Shown one piece after another: positions 1 through 9,946 of a stretch of DNA of 64,000 bases. How positions within the stretch are numbered: the first letter of the stretch is position 1; the number at the start of each line of letters is the position of its first letter. Made by a program: the position numbers and the translations under genes. This stretch comes from Longimicrobiales bacterium (GTDB lineage Bacteria; Gemmatimonadota; Gemmatimonadetes; Longimicrobiales; Gaopeijiaceae), in assembly GCA_965202985.1 (NCBI GenBank), contig CBDBCF010000001.1, positions 608,001 through 672,000 on the forward strand. The letters are read 5' to 3'. The notes beneath the pieces were generated by a model. The model did no database searches and had not been told where the DNA came from. It saw nothing but the letters and a program-made list of their open reading frames with translations.

Positions 1-749
1 ACCCGCGTGCCGGCAACCCGGCTCTTCCATATCGCCTTCTTCTTCGCCGGTGTCCAGCGCCCGCCCGACAAGCTCTCCCCGGCCAAGTGCACGACGGCGT
101 CCGCGCCCTCCAGCCGTTCGCCGTCGATGCGTCCCTCCATCGGGTCCCAGTGGACCTCGCCCTTGTCCGGGTCGGCCTTCCGACGCACGACGGGCAGGAC
201 CGTGTGGCCGCCGGTTGCCAGAAAGTCGCACAAAGCCCGGCCCACGAACCCGCTGGCGCCGGTGACCGCGACGGTCAGCGACGGTCCCTTGTAGCCATGG
301 TGCCGCCCCAGATCGTGAGCCAGTCGGCGGCTCCGGAAGGCGAACAGCCGCCCCAGCTCGCGCTCCACGACCGGGCCTGCGAAGATCGACGCGGCCGAGC
401 CCAGCGGAGGCTCCCACTCGACGCGGTCCCGAAGCACCGTGCCCCCGTCCTCGGCAGCCTTGAAGTCGTGTGTGTGCGTCCACGAGGCGAATGGACCCGA
501 CTCCTGTTCGTCCCGGAAGCGCTTGCCCGACTCGAACGCCGTGTGGCGCACCCTCCAGTTCAGCGTCATCGGCCCGCGACGGATGCGGACATGGACTCGC
601 CCGCCGTCTTCGATGCCCCCGCTTCGGTCGGCCACGCGCGCATTCTCCCATGGCGGCAACAGGCGCTCCAGCGCGCGGGGCCGCATGTGCCAGGCAAACA
701 CGTCGGCAACCGGGAACGGCAGGTGCTGTTCGTGGAGAAGTTCGGGCAT
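1..749 (-). CDS. TIGR01777-family NAD-dependent epimerase/oxidoreductase with N-terminal SRPBCC-like domain (3' end outside window)
   Basis: Not in the ORF track because it runs off the edge. Manual translation from ATG at 749: MPELLHEQHLPFPVADVFAWH...LERLLPPWE...VAVTGASGFVG...DAVVHLAGE...RWTPAKKKAIWKSRVAGTR. Confidence 0.85.
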   Translation of the reverse strand, partial: MPELLHEQHLPFPVADVFAWHMRPRALERLLPPWENARVADRSGGIEDGGRVHVRIRRGPMTLNWRVRHTAFESGKRFRDEQESGPFASWTHTHDFKAAEDGGTVLRDRVEWEPPLGSAASIFAGPVVERELGRLFAFRSRRLAHDLGRHHGYKGPSLTVAVTGASGFVGRALCDFLATGGHTVLPVVRRKADPDKGEVHWDPMEGRIDGERLEGADAVVHLAGESLSGGRWTPAKKKAIWKSRVAGTR

Positions 750-884
750 AGGGGAAACGCGGTCGGGAAGTTCGCGGGCAAGCGGTTGTTCGCGGGCGAA
801 GCGGCTCATTGCGCGAGCCAACCGGTTATCATCATTTGGAGCCGGTTGAACAGGCAAGGCCACCACGAGCAGGCAGGAAGAACA

Positions 885-2750
885 ATGACCAAACCACAGC
901 GCCGTCGCCAATCCGTTTTCGTTCGCCGATCCGCTTTCGCCCGCCCACCCGTCTTTCGCCGGTCCGCTTTCGGCGCGCCAGCTTTCTTTGCGCTGACGGT
1001 GGCGGTTTCGACCATGGGAACGCCCATCGGCGGCGCCGACGCCCAGTCGTGGGCCGTCACCGGGGTTCGGGTCTTCGACGGCGAGGCCGTGCTGGAAGGG
1101 GCGACGGTGGTGGTCGTGGACGGGCGGATCGCGGTCGTGGACGCCGGGGCGCAGCCGCCCCAGGACGTGGAGACAATCGACGGCGCGGGGCGGACGCTGT
1201 TGCCCGGCTTTGTCGACGGCCACGCCCACTCCTACGACGACGCGCTCTACCGGTCGGCCGTCTTCGGCGCCACGACCGTGCTGGACATGTTCACCGAGCC
1301 GGCGTTCGCGACCGAGCAGCGACGGCAACAGGCGGAGGGCGAAGCCAACGATCGGGCCGACCTGCTGTCGGCGGGCATCCTGGCCACGGCGCCCGGCGGC
1401 CACGGCACCCAGTACGGCATGGAGATCCCCACGCTTTCGACCCCGGCCGAGGCCGCGGACTGGGTGGCGGCACGGGTCGCCGAAGGCTCCGACTTCATCA
1501 AGATCGTGGTCGAGGACGGCACGATCATCGACCTGCCGACGCCCACGCTGGACCTTCCCACCGTCCGGGCGCTGGCGGCCGCGGCTCGGGAGCACGGCAA
1601 GCTGGCGTTGGCCCACGCCACCACCATAGCCGGAGCGCGCCGGGCGCTGACCGCGGGCGTGGACGCGCTGGCCCACATCTTCGCGGACTCGGCGCCGCCG
1701 GCGGACTGGGTGGCCGACGCCGCGGCCCGAGGCATTTTCGTGGTTCCCACGCTGACGGTGCTGGAAAGCCTGGAGGGCACGCCGTCGGGCGCTTCCATGG
1801 CCGAAGACCCCCACATCGGTCCGCTGATGACCATCCGGGAGCGGTCGCAGGTCGCCGCTACCTACCCCCGGTCCGCCGCCGGCGGCTTCCGCTTGGCCAA
1901 CGCGGTCGAGGCCGTGCGGGCGCTTCACCAGGCCGGCGTGCCGATCCTGGCCGGAACCGACGCCCCCAACCCGGGCACCTCGCACGGCATCAGCATGCAC
2001 CGGGAGTTCGAGCTCCTGGTCTCCGCCGGACTGTCGCCGGCCGAAGCGCTGGCCGCGGCCACGTCGGTCCCCGCGGACGTCTTCGGGCTGGAGGACCGCG
2101 GACGGATCGCGACGGGCTTGCGGGCCGACCTGGTCTTGGTAGAGGGGAACCCGTTGGAGGACGTGACGCGGACCCGCGCCATCGTGGGCGTCTGGAAGGC
2201 GGGCCACGCCGTGGACCGGTCGAAGCCCGAAGAGGCGGTGGCCACGCTGGCCAGCCCCGGCCCCGTCGCCGACTTCGACGACGGTCAGGTCGCCGGCGCC
2301 TACGGATCGGGCTGGGAGAACTCGACCGACGACATCGTGGGCGGCACGTCCACCGTCGTCGTCCAGGCCGGAGACGAAGGCGCCGAGGGCACGGCCCACC
2401 ACCTGTCGGTCGCCGGGGAAGTCGGAAGCGGGTTCTCGTTCCCGTGGGCGGGAGCGATGTTCTACCCCGGCGCAACGCCGATGGCGCCCGTGGACCTGTC
2501 GGCGGCGTCGGAGCTCGCGTTCTGGGCCAAGGGCCAACCCGGCACGTACCGCGTCTTGCTCTTCTGCCAAGCCATGGGGCCCATGCCCACGCAGCAGACG
2601 TTTCAAGTCACCGGCGAATGGCAGCAGTTCGTTCTCGCGTTCGAAGACTTTCGGGGCCTGGACGCGTCGGGCCTGACGGGCATTTTATGGTCGGGCGGTC
2701 CCGCCCTGGGTCCATTCCAGTTCGAGATTGATCAGATTGAAATTCGGTAG
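885..2750 (+). CDS. Secreted metal-dependent amidohydrolase with C-terminal CIA30/carbohydrate-binding-like domain
   Basis: LLPGFVDGHAH, FIKIV, AH, GTDA and G-ADLVLV motifs; C-terminal beta-sandwich (VDLSAASELAFWAKG...FQFEIDQIEIR); AGGAAG before ATG 885 (ORF track start at 87 is over-extended). Confidence 0.85.
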   Translation: MTKPQRRRQSVFVRRSAFARPPVFRRSAFGAPAFFALTVAVSTMGTPIGGADAQSWAVTGVRVFDGEAVLEGATVVVVDGRIAVVDAGAQPPQDVETIDGAGRTLLPGFVDGHAHSYDDALYRSAVFGATTVLDMFTEPAFATEQRRQQAEGEANDRADLLSAGILATAPGGHGTQYGMEIPTLSTPAEAADWVAARVAEGSDFIKIVVEDGTIIDLPTPTLDLPTVRALAAAAREHGKLALAHATTIAGARRALTAGVDALAHIFADSAPPADWVADAAARGIFVVPTLTVLESLEGTPSGASMAEDPHIGPLMTIRERSQVAATYPRSAAGGFRLANAVEAVRALHQAGVPILAGTDAPNPGTSHGISMHREFELLVSAGLSPAEALAAATSVPADVFGLEDRGRIATGLRADLVLVEGNPLEDVTRTRAIVGVWKAGHAVDRSKPEEAVATLASPGPVADFDDGQVAGAYGSGWENSTDDIVGGTSTVVVQAGDEGAEGTAHHLSVAGEVGSGFSFPWAGAMFYPGATPMAPVDLSAASELAFWAKGQPGTYRVLLFCQAMGPMPTQQTFQVTGEWQQFVLAFEDFRGLDASGLTGILWSGGPALGPFQFEIDQIEIR

Positions 2751-2796
2751 CGCAACCGCGCGAAACACGGCGCAAGCCACGCAAAGGAGCAAAGCA

Positions 2797-5205
2797 GTGA
2801 TCGCAACGACAACGCACCGTCCGCGTCCGCGCGGACTCGCATGGGCCGCGGGACCGGCCCTGACCCTTGCCGCACTCTTGACCACGGCGACGCCGACGTC
2901 CGGCCAAGGCTACGGCACTTCGGCGGCCGTGGCGGGCGGCGACGCGCTGGTGGGCGAGTCCCTCAACGAGCGCGTGCCCGGCTACGTGTACGTCTACCGC
3001 GCCGGCGACGAGGGCTGGATGGAAGTTCAGCGCCTGCAGGCATCGGACGCCGCCCAGGCCGACCACTTCGGGCGCTCAATGGCGGTCGTGGACGGCGACT
3101 TGCTGGTGGGCGCCACGGTGGCGAACGACACCAGCGGCGCCGTCTACGTCTACAGGAAGAGCGACGACGGTCGCTGGGCCGAGGTCCAGAGGATCGCCGC
3201 CGAAGACGGAACCCGGGGCGACGCTTGGGGGCGGACCATGGCCAGCGGCGGCGGGCTCGTCCTGGTGTCGGCCTGGGGTCACGCGGACGATCGGGGCGCG
3301 GTCTACGTGCTGGCCAAGGACGAAGGCGGCGAGTGGGTTCACGAGGCCAAGCTCGCTGCCGGCGACGGCGCCCCCAACGACGCCTTCGGCACCTCGGTGG
3401 CCACCGACGGCGAGCACGCGCTCGTGGGAGTGCCGCAGGCCAACGGGCGGCGAGGGGCCGTCTACGTCTTCCAGCGCCAAGCCGGCGGCGCCTGGACCCA
3501 GACTGCCAAGCTGGAGATGGAGGACGCGAGCGGCAGCGGGTTCGGCATGTCGGTTGCGGTGCGCCACGGAATGGCCCTGGTGGGCGCCCCCGGCCACGAC
3601 GGGTTCGCCGGAGCCGTGTTCGGCTACGTCCTGGACGAAGCGTCCGGCGAGTGGCTTCCGAACGGAACGTACCGCGCCTTCGACGGCGAGCGGGCCACCC
3701 AGTTCGGCATGTCGCTGGCGCACGAGGGTTACGACGTGTGGATCGGCGCCCCTGGGGCCGGCGGCGGTGAAGGCCGCTACTACGTCATGTCGTGGAACGA
3801 CGACCAGGACGAGTGGGGCTCGCTTTCCAAGTTCGCCTTGGACGACTTGGCGCCGGGCGACGGCCTGGGCCGGGTGGTCGCGTTGGGTCCCGAGTTCAGC
3901 GTGGTCGGGTTGCCGGGAGACGACTTCAGGATGGGCTCCGCCTCCATCGTGACCAAGGGCGCCGACGGGTGGGGCGATGCGACTCGGACGATCAGCGAAG
4001 TCGCGGCGCTGGACGCCATCACCGGCAGCAACGTGGACTGCGACGACGGGACGGCGGGGGAGTTCGGCTGCACGGACGTGGACATCGTGTCGTTCCTGCC
4101 GGTGCAGGCGATCGGCGGCACGCGAGGGGTGGAGGTCAACGACGTGTGGGGCTGGACGGACCCGGTCACCGGAACGGAGTGGGCGCTGGTCGGACGCTAC
4201 GACGGCACGTCGTTCATCGACTTGAGCGACCCCGCCAACCCCGTGTACGCCGGCAACTTGCCCTTGACCGAAGGCGCCCGTCCCAACACGTGGCGCGACA
4301 TCAAGGTGTACGAAGACCACGCCTTCATCGTGGCCGACGGCTCCGGCGAGCACGGCATGCAGGTGTTCGACCTGACCCAGCTGCGCGAACCCCGGGACGG
4401 CCCGGAGACGTTCAAGGCGACGGCCCACTACGACCTTATCCAGAGCGCGCACAACATCGTGATCAACGAGGAGACGGGCTTCGCGTACGCGGTTGGCGCC
4501 AGCGGAGGCGGCGGCACGTGCGGCGGGGGGCTGCACATGATCGACGTTCGCGCGCCTACCGAACCCGTGTTCGCCGGGTGCTTCTCGGACCCGTCCACGG
4601 GCCGGCGAGGGACCGGTTACAGCCACGACGCCATGTGCATCGTGTACCGCGGCCCCGACCAGGAGCACCGGGGCAAGGAGATCTGCTTCGGGTCCAACGA
4701 GACGGCGCTGAGCATCGCCGACGTGTCCGACAAGGAGAACCCGGTGGCGCTGGCCATGGCGTCGTATCCGAACGCCGCCTACTCCCACCAGGGCTGGATC
4801 GACGAGGCCCACGAGTACTTCTACATGAACGACGAGCTGGACGAGCTGTCCGGCGGCGTCTCCAACACGCGCACGCTCGTCTGGGACGTGAAGGACTTGG
4901 ACGAGCCGGTGCTGGCCAAGGAACACGTGTCCGAGAACACGTCGTCGGACCACAACTTGTACATCCTGGGCGACTTGATGTACCAGTCCAACTACGTGAG
5001 CGGCCTGCGGATCCTGGACATCTCGGACCGCGAGAACCCCGAAGAGGTGGCGTTCTTCGACACGGTGCCGTGGACGCCCGACGCTCCTGGCTTCGACGGA
5101 TCGTGGAGCAACTACCCGTACTTCGAGAGCGGCGTCATCGTGGTTACGTCGGGCAAGGAAGGCGTCTTCGTGCTGCGCAAGGCGGACCGAAACCTGATTC
5201 CGTAG
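2797..5205 (+). CDS. Choice-of-anchor B family secreted protein (FG-GAP repeats + LVIVD-like propeller), paralogue 1
   Basis: Repeated FG.S.A...LVG.P....GAVYV; NDVWGWTDP, WRDIKVY, HNIVIN, YSHDA, HQGW, DHNLY, SNY.SGLRILD; AAGGAG before GTG 2797. Confidence 0.85.
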   Translation: MIATTTHRPRPRGLAWAAGPALTLAALLTTATPTSGQGYGTSAAVAGGDALVGESLNERVPGYVYVYRAGDEGWMEVQRLQASDAAQADHFGRSMAVVDGDLLVGATVANDTSGAVYVYRKSDDGRWAEVQRIAAEDGTRGDAWGRTMASGGGLVLVSAWGHADDRGAVYVLAKDEGGEWVHEAKLAAGDGAPNDAFGTSVATDGEHALVGVPQANGRRGAVYVFQRQAGGAWTQTAKLEMEDASGSGFGMSVAVRHGMALVGAPGHDGFAGAVFGYVLDEASGEWLPNGTYRAFDGERATQFGMSLAHEGYDVWIGAPGAGGGEGRYYVMSWNDDQDEWGSLSKFALDDLAPGDGLGRVVALGPEFSVVGLPGDDFRMGSASIVTKGADGWGDATRTISEVAALDAITGSNVDCDDGTAGEFGCTDVDIVSFLPVQAIGGTRGVEVNDVWGWTDPVTGTEWALVGRYDGTSFIDLSDPANPVYAGNLPLTEGARPNTWRDIKVYEDHAFIVADGSGEHGMQVFDLTQLREPRDGPETFKATAHYDLIQSAHNIVINEETGFAYAVGASGGGGTCGGGLHMIDVRAPTEPVFAGCFSDPSTGRRGTGYSHDAMCIVYRGPDQEHRGKEICFGSNETALSIADVSDKENPVALAMASYPNAAYSHQGWIDEAHEYFYMNDELDELSGGVSNTRTLVWDVKDLDEPVLAKEHVSENTSSDHNLYILGDLMYQSNYVSGLRILDISDRENPEEVAFFDTVPWTPDAPGFDGSWSNYPYFESGVIVVTSGKEGVFVLRKADRNLIP

Positions 5206-5220
5206 GACAAGAGATTGCGT

Positions 5221-5263
5221 CGGCGCGCCCGTCGGCCCAATGTTGGGTGCGGCGGGCGCGCCG
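5221..5263. terminator. Strong GC-rich intergenic stem-loop (terminator or mRNA stabiliser)
   Basis: CGGCGCGCCCGTCG-GCCCAA-TG-TTGGGT-G-CGGCGGGCGCGCCG inverted repeat just after the stop at 5205; no U-tract. Confidence 0.5.
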
Positions 5264-5347
5264 TCGGGCAAGCTCGGGAGCCAAATGTGCAGCCCAGCCG
5301 CGTCAAATCCACGGCCCAATCTCACTTCGGAATTAGGACACGTCGCC

Positions 5348-7921
5348 ATGTCAGGACACGTCGCCACGCGCACAAGAAGCTTTCGCTCCCTCGCAAGCTG
5401 CTTCCGCTCCGTTCCCGGAACGCTCGGGATCGGCGTGGCTTCCGGCAGGGGCCGGTCGCCGCACTTGGCCGCCGCGCTTGCGGTCGCGGCCACGGGCTGG
5501 GCCGGCGCTCCGGCGTGCGCCAGTGCGCAGACGTCGGTGGTCGCGCGCGGTGTGGCCATTCCGGCGGCCGCGCCGGGGCTGGCAGCCTTCGCCTCCAGCG
5601 TCGTGGTGCAAGAGGGAACGGTCTACGTGGGCAAGCCAGGCGGCATCGGCTTCTTCCCCATGCCGCCCAACCGGCCCGGCGCGGTGCACGTCTTCGAGCG
5701 CTCGGACGGCGAGTGGACGGAGACGGCCGTGGTCGAGGCGCCGGGCGGAGACGTGGGTACCGGCTTCGGCGAGGGGCTGGACGTGCACGGAGACGTCATG
5801 GTCGTCGGGGCGCCCAGCGAGGGGAACGGGGCCGTGCACGTCTACCGCCGCGCGGACGGCCAGTGGAGCGCCGAAGCGCGCTTGACCTGGAGCGACGCCG
5901 TGTCCGGCGCACGGTTCGGCGCCGCCGTAGCCAGCGACGGCGGGAGCGTGTTCGCGGGGGCGCCGGGCGCCGACGGGGGCGCGGGCGCAGTGGTCGCGTT
6001 CGACCGCGACGCGGAGGGCCGGTGGCGCCAGGTCGCCACGTTCCCGGGCGAAGTGCCGGCGGGGCAGCTGGGCCTTGCGCTCGACATGGAAGGCGGTTTG
6101 GCGGCAGCGGGAGCGCCCGGCGGCGACCCGCCCCTGATTCCGAGCGGCGAGATGCCCGCGTTCCTTCCCGGCGCGGTCCACGTCTTCGCTCGGGACGAGT
6201 CCGGCGAGTGGACACGGGCGGCAACGTTGGAGCCCCCCGCCGCGACCCCGGCCGCCACGGGCCGAAGCGTGGCCGTGTCCGGCGGGCGCGTCTTCGCCGG
6301 GGCGCCGTTCGCAGCGCACGCGGCCGGGGCCGTGTACGAGTTCGCCCGCTCGGACGAAGGGCCGCCTTCCGACGCCGAGTGGACGCTGGTCCGCACGATC
6401 GAGGCCGACGAAGCCGCGTTCGGCACGCTCATGGGCATGTCCGTTTCCGCTTCCGGGAGCGACTTGGTGGCCGGCACGCCGTTGGCCGGCCAGGGGCTTG
6501 GCGGCGGGACGGCGTTCCGTCGGGACGCGGAAGGCGAGTGGCGGCAGGTCGCGTCGTTCGGCCCCGGCGGCCCCTTCGCGTTCTACGGAATGGCCGTAGC
6601 GGTGGGCGGCGACGTGGCCGTGGCGGGCGCGCCGGGCGCGGACTTCTTCGAGGGGACGGGGTTCCTCTTCCGGCGAACAGCGGAGGGGTGGGAGCCCGAG
6701 GGCTCGGTCATCGACGAGGCCGGCGGCCTGGAAGCCGTCACAGGCGAGGAGCGCGAGTGCCAGGACGGTTCGGCGGCCGCGTTCGACTGCGAGGAAGTGG
6801 ACTTGGTTTCGTTCGTGCCCGTGCGCGGCCTGGGCGGCGAACGGGGCGTGGTGGTCAACGACCTGTGGGGCTGGACAGATCCGGAGACGGGCAAGGAGTA
6901 CGCCGTGGTCGGGCGCAACAACGCCACCACCTTCGTGGACCTTAGCGACCCCGGCAATCCAATCTACCTGGGTGAGCTTCCCTTGACCGAAGGCGCCACG
7001 CCCAACATGTGGCGCGACATCAAGGTGTTTGCGGACCACGCCTTCATCGTGGCTGACCAAGCGGGCCCCCACGGCGTGCAGGTGTTCGACCTGACACGAC
7101 TCCGCGACGTGACCGCGCCTCCCGTCGTCTTCGAAGCCGACGCGCACTACGACGGCATCCACTCGGCGCACAACATCGTCGTCAACGAGGGCACGGGCTT
7201 CGCCTACGTGGTCGGCGCCTCCGGGGGCGGCGAAACTTGCGGCGGCGGCTTGCACATGATCGACGTGCGGGAGCCCAAGAACCCCACCTTCGCCGGCTGC
7301 TTCGCCGACGGGAACACCGGCAACGCGGGAACCGGGTACAGTCACGACGCCCAGTGCATCCGCTACCACGGCCCGGACCCGGACTACCAGGACCGGGAGA
7401 TCTGCCTGGGGGCCAACGAGAACGCCCTGTCGATCTCCGACGTGACCGACAAGGACGCCCCGGTCGCTCTCTCGACCGCCGAGTACCCCAATACGGGCTA
7501 CTTGCACCAGGGCTGGGTCACGGACGACCACCGCTACTTCTTCATGAACGACGAGATCGACGAGCTGGCGGGCAACGTGTCCCGCACCCGCACCTTGGTG
7601 TGGGACATCGCGGACTTGGAGGACCCGGTGCTGGTCAAGGAGCACTTCGGGAGCACGGGATCGTCCGACCACAACCTGTATGTGCGCGGCGACTACATGT
7701 ACCAGGCCAACTACGTGAGCGGCCTTCGCATCTTGGACATCTCGGAGCCCGAGGAGCCCAAGGAAGTAGGGTTCTTCGACACGGTGTCGGCCGGCGACGA
7801 CGTGCCGGGATTCGCAGGGGCTTGGAGCGTCTATCCGTACTTCGAGAGCGGGCTGATCATCGTGTCCAGCATGCGCGAAGGGCTGTTCGTGCTGCGCAAG
7901 AGGCCGCCCCCCGTGTCGTAG
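5348..7921 (+). CDS. Choice-of-anchor B family secreted protein, paralogue 2
   Basis: Same architecture and C-terminal motifs as 2797-5205 (NDLWGWTDP, WRDIKVF, YSHDAQC, HQGW, DHNLY); start uncertain. Confidence 0.85.
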   Translation: MSGHVATRTRSFRSLASCFRSVPGTLGIGVASGRGRSPHLAAALAVAATGWAGAPACASAQTSVVARGVAIPAAAPGLAAFASSVVVQEGTVYVGKPGGIGFFPMPPNRPGAVHVFERSDGEWTETAVVEAPGGDVGTGFGEGLDVHGDVMVVGAPSEGNGAVHVYRRADGQWSAEARLTWSDAVSGARFGAAVASDGGSVFAGAPGADGGAGAVVAFDRDAEGRWRQVATFPGEVPAGQLGLALDMEGGLAAAGAPGGDPPLIPSGEMPAFLPGAVHVFARDESGEWTRAATLEPPAATPAATGRSVAVSGGRVFAGAPFAAHAAGAVYEFARSDEGPPSDAEWTLVRTIEADEAAFGTLMGMSVSASGSDLVAGTPLAGQGLGGGTAFRRDAEGEWRQVASFGPGGPFAFYGMAVAVGGDVAVAGAPGADFFEGTGFLFRRTAEGWEPEGSVIDEAGGLEAVTGEERECQDGSAAAFDCEEVDLVSFVPVRGLGGERGVVVNDLWGWTDPETGKEYAVVGRNNATTFVDLSDPGNPIYLGELPLTEGATPNMWRDIKVFADHAFIVADQAGPHGVQVFDLTRLRDVTAPPVVFEADAHYDGIHSAHNIVVNEGTGFAYVVGASGGGETCGGGLHMIDVREPKNPTFAGCFADGNTGNAGTGYSHDAQCIRYHGPDPDYQDREICLGANENALSISDVTDKDAPVALSTAEYPNTGYLHQGWVTDDHRYFFMNDEIDELAGNVSRTRTLVWDIADLEDPVLVKEHFGSTGSSDHNLYVRGDYMYQANYVSGLRILDISEPEEPKEVGFFDTVSAGDDVPGFAGAWSVYPYFESGLIIVSSMREGLFVLRKRPPPVS

Positions 7922-7931
7922 CCAGGGCGGT

Positions 7932-8882
7932 TCAGTTCGTGTGTTCGCCCCCGAGCGGCATCGACATGGACCGCACCAAGCGGGTCGCAACTTCATCGAG
8001 GCTGTGCGCGCGCGCACCGTGAAGCTTGAACACGCTGACGGCCTTCGCCACTGAGACCGCCCATTCGAAGGGCTTGGTCGGGCCAAATTCGACCGCCGCC
8101 ACGCCGCGCAAGTACATCGCTTCCCGCACCATCTTCATCGCTTCGAAGCCCGAGACCGACTCGACGATGTCGCGCCCCTCGCGATCGGTTTCTTGGTGTT
8201 CCACGCGGTGGAGCGTCCCAAGCCACTTGGCGGACTGTACGGCCCGCGCTTCGGGCACGGCGTAGTGCTTGTCGGATCCATCCCTTTTCCGCACCCTCGA
8301 CTTGCTTCTGGCACCCGTGAGCGCCAAGGCGTCCGGGAGCAGCTTCAAGTTCGGAACGCCCCAAGCGAGCATGTGTCCTTTGGCCTGAGCGGCGCTCACG
8401 ATCACCATGTCGTCGGCAAAGAACGACAGACCGTTCGCGGCAAGGACGGCCGCCAACGTCGACTTGCCCGCTCCGCTCCGCCCGATCAGCGCGTGAACCT
8501 GCCCTCCGTGTTCGAGGGCGCTGGCGTGCAGCGGCAACAGGCCTCGCTGCAACGCCAAAGCAGCCCACGGATGGGCCCACAAGAACGCCCGGACATCCGC
8601 CTCCGGCACGCCCCAGTCTCCCCCGCTGATCTTGTAGCGGATCGACTCGCCTCCTTCGACCAAGAAGTCGACGCCGCTTCGAAAGCTGATCAAGAACTCC
8701 CCGGGCGCGAACTGGACTCGACATCGGTCCGTTCCCCAACTGAGAGGCGAGGGAACCGAGCCGCGTCGAATCGAAACGTCTGCGCCGTGGTCTCGCATCC
8801 AGGGATCGGCCCACGGACCCAAGTCGAAGTCGGCGGCAACCGTGAACGGGGTCGCCGGAGCGCGGGTTCCCGGCTCGATCAC
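7932..8882 (-). CDS. HPr kinase-like P-loop kinase (lasso-peptide/HprK-related type)
   Basis: LLPLHASA, Walker A GRSGAGKST, FFADD; GAGGAG 9 nt before GTG 8882. Confidence 0.75.
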   Translation of the reverse strand: MIEPGTRAPATPFTVAADFDLGPWADPWMRDHGADVSIRRGSVPSPLSWGTDRCRVQFAPGEFLISFRSGVDFLVEGGESIRYKISGGDWGVPEADVRAFLWAHPWAALALQRGLLPLHASALEHGGQVHALIGRSGAGKSTLAAVLAANGLSFFADDMVIVSAAQAKGHMLAWGVPNLKLLPDALALTGARSKSRVRKRDGSDKHYAVPEARAVQSAKWLGTLHRVEHQETDREGRDIVESVSGFEAMKMVREAMYLRGVAAVEFGPTKPFEWAVSVAKAVSVFKLHGARAHSLDEVATRLVRSMSMPLGGEHTN

Positions 8883-9019
8883 GGATTTTGGCTCCTCGGA
8901 ATCGCTAACGGGCCTGCTCCGATCCTGCCGATGCTCGACGCCGCCTAAGCCATGATGTCGGGCAACCTGTGTTCGCGGCACGAGTAGCTTCCTTGTTGGG
9001 TTCTAGCGAATTTGTTCCC

Positions 9020-9946
9020 ATGCGACGCCCGAAACAAGCCGGCCGGCCGCCGCCCGATCCCTCGCAAGCGGGCGTTCCCTTCACCGTCGACGCGGACCTG
9101 TGCTTGGGTTCGGCGGTGGCGTCCTGGGTCCGGTCCCACGGGGCCGACGTGACGGTCCGGCGCGGCGCGGTGCCCGAGGAGCTGGCGGAGGCGACCGTCC
9201 AGCGGGGCGCGTGGTCTTGCGCGGGTCGGCGGGTGCTGGTTCGACGCCGGGGAATTCGGTTCTTGGTCGAAAACGGCGAAACGATTCGCTATCAGACGGC
9301 GGCGGACGCCCCCGAGGCCAACATTCGCCTCTCCCTCTTCGGCTCGGCTTGGGCCGCCCTCCTGTTGCAACGCAACCTTCTGCCGCTCCACGCAAGCGCC
9401 GTATGCCGCGGTGCGGACGTGTACGCCTTCGCGGGCAAGTCCAGAGCGGGCAAGTCCACGCTGGCGGCCGCTCTTGCCGCCCGCGGGCTGGACTTCGTCA
9501 CCGACGATGTTCTGGTCTTGGACCCTTTGTTCGGGTCCGACACCCGGTGCTACGGGTGCACGGAGCTGAAGTTGTGGCCGGATGCGCTGGAGCTGACCCG
9601 GGCCTCCCGCCGGACGCTGATTCACGACCGAGCCGACAAGCTCTACGCCGTGCCAGCGACGCAGGCGCAGTGCCCGGCGGGGCGTCTCAGGGCGCTGTAT
9701 GTGCTTGCCGAGGAAGCTGGCGACCGGTCCTGCCGGATCGAACCCGTCACGGGATCCGAGTCGATCGACGTCTTGGCCCGCTCGCTGCACCGGCGTCGCT
9801 TGACCGCGGCGATCGTCGGACGGCGACGCTTGTACGAATGGCTCGCCCAGATGCGGAAGCACGTGAGGGTGTCCAGGTTTCGCCGGTCGCGGTTGATCTC
9901 CCGGTTCGACGAAGGGGTAGCTCATGTGGAGACCTTGCTCTCCTAG
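9020..9946 (+). CDS. HPr kinase-like P-loop kinase, divergent paralogue
   Basis: LLPLHASA, GKSRAGKST, FVTDD, LKLWPDAL; aligns end to end with 7932-8882. Confidence 0.75.
   Translation: MRRPKQAGRPPPDPSQAGVPFTVDADLCLGSAVASWVRSHGADVTVRRGAVPEELAEATVQRGAWSCAGRRVLVRRRGIRFLVENGETIRYQTAADAPEANIRLSLFGSAWAALLLQRNLLPLHASAVCRGADVYAFAGKSRAGKSTLAAALAARGLDFVTDDVLVLDPLFGSDTRCYGCTELKLWPDALELTRASRRTLIHDRADKLYAVPATQAQCPAGRLRALYVLAEEAGDRSCRIEPVTGSESIDVLARSLHRRRLTAAIVGRRRLYEWLAQMRKHVRVSRFRRSRLISRFDEGVAHVETLLS

Noticed and set aside
922..985. Imperfect 33-bp duplication (RRSAF twice) in the amidohydrolase leader
   Set aside because: Only two degenerate copies in a low-constraint signal region; no function inferable.
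3076..8086. Very long antisense or alternate-frame ORFs (e.g. 3076-5559, 5351-8086; also 11865-14996, 28842-31223, 37694-40129)
   Set aside because: Shadow ORFs of GC-rich coding strands; Arg/Pro/Gly-rich, no motifs, fully overlapping well-supported genes.
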